64,000 bases of DNA, taken from positions 1 to 64,000 of the forward strand of contig JAMDHS010000025.1 of NCBI GenBank assembly GCA_029717555.1, in the 5' to 3' direction. The translations under genes were made by a program, and so were the position numbers. The notes beneath the pieces were generated by a model. That model saw only the letters and a list, made by a program, of their open reading frames with translations, was not told where the DNA came from and searched no databases. The stretch is from Peribolospora baueri (taxonomy: Eukaryota). Below are positions 63,278-64,000 of the stretch, piece by piece. Numbering within the stretch: position 1 is the stretch's first letter; each line of letters begins with the position of its first letter.

Positions 63278-64000
63278 TCAGCGGTCTGATGTGAGAAGAA
63301 GGAGAACCGGTTAGCACGTAAGGGTAAAGTACGGAACGTAAAGATCACTGATGGAATAAAACTCACAAAATTCGAGACTCTCGTCGCTTCTCTTCACCAC
63401 TTGCTTCCACGCCTCTTCAAAGTCCGCCGGCAGGATAACGTATCTATCGAGGACAAAAAAGACCAAGACGGCCGCATGAGACGGGAACAAGCGATCGCAA
63501 ACTCGTAGCCGTCAGCCGCGAAAGCTCACCTGTTCTTCCGGACCGCTGCAAAGGAGGGGCATTAAGTGACTTGTGGTGAGCAGGAATTCGTTCTGTTACG
63601 AGACAGAAAAACCGAAGTCGCATACCTTGGAGACCAGCCGCTTGACAGATGGACGCAATTTCTGCAGAGGAGAGCTTATCTGGTCTTGACACATCTGTCG
63701 GTGGAGAAAACATTGCGAGGTGAATTACGTATTCGGATGAAGCTGAGCGATGCCGGCGGGAGGAGGGTTCCTCACAGTCTTCGAGATCGACGTCCGGCGC
63801 AAGGTTCATCTTCCCGGTGATGGTCTGGAAGATGAGTCGCTTTTCACGGCGATTCGGGTTCGGGAATTCGATCTTGCGGTCCAATCGACCTGGACGGAGG
63901 AGGGCGGGGTCAAGCGTGTCCGCTCGATTGGTAGCCATGATGACCTGGGTGAACAGGACGGACAGGACGAACAAACGTTAAGTCGAACCGAGGTCTCTAC
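63278..64000 (-). CDS. RPT3: 26S proteasome AAA-ATPase Rpt3, 3' part (gene continues beyond the window)
   Basis: [69 protein letters not shown]...EF|YR*. Confidence 0.95.

Overview
Intron-rich, GC-rich eukaryotic DNA from a fungus. The GTGAGT/GTAAGT donors, ~70-150 nt introns, micro-exons, homocitrate synthase and fungal-type Argonaute point to a basidiomycete, probably yeast-like. I reconstructed about 16 loci by hand, left to right: EI24-like protein (-), SDR (+), Rad9/Crb2/53BP1-like checkpoint protein (-), Argonaute (-), BEACH-WD40-FYVE protein (+), a large intronless disordered protein with a C-terminal SABATH-like methyltransferase domain (+), a histidine acid phosphatase/phytase pseudogene (-), MIA40 (-), a 5-oxoprolinase containing only the hydantoinase-A half (+), ARL2 (-), CBP80 (-), SPT4 (+), a CUE-AlkB-GRF zinc-finger protein (-), a small coiled-coil protein (+), homocitrate synthase (+) and the 3' part of RPT3 (-). 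The most notable observations are four. (1) An apparently split 5-oxoprolinase: the reading frame is intact but ends at the A/B domain boundary. (2) A degenerate SABATH-fold domain on a >1100-aa disordered region. (3) A secreted phosphatase gene carrying several independent lesions. (4) An Argonaute with two RGG blocks, a DEDD tetrad and a tandem repeat of its terminal exon. I recognised no tRNA, rRNA, CRISPR array or transposon. All family calls come from motif recognition, not database searches, and exon boundaries are manual predictions.
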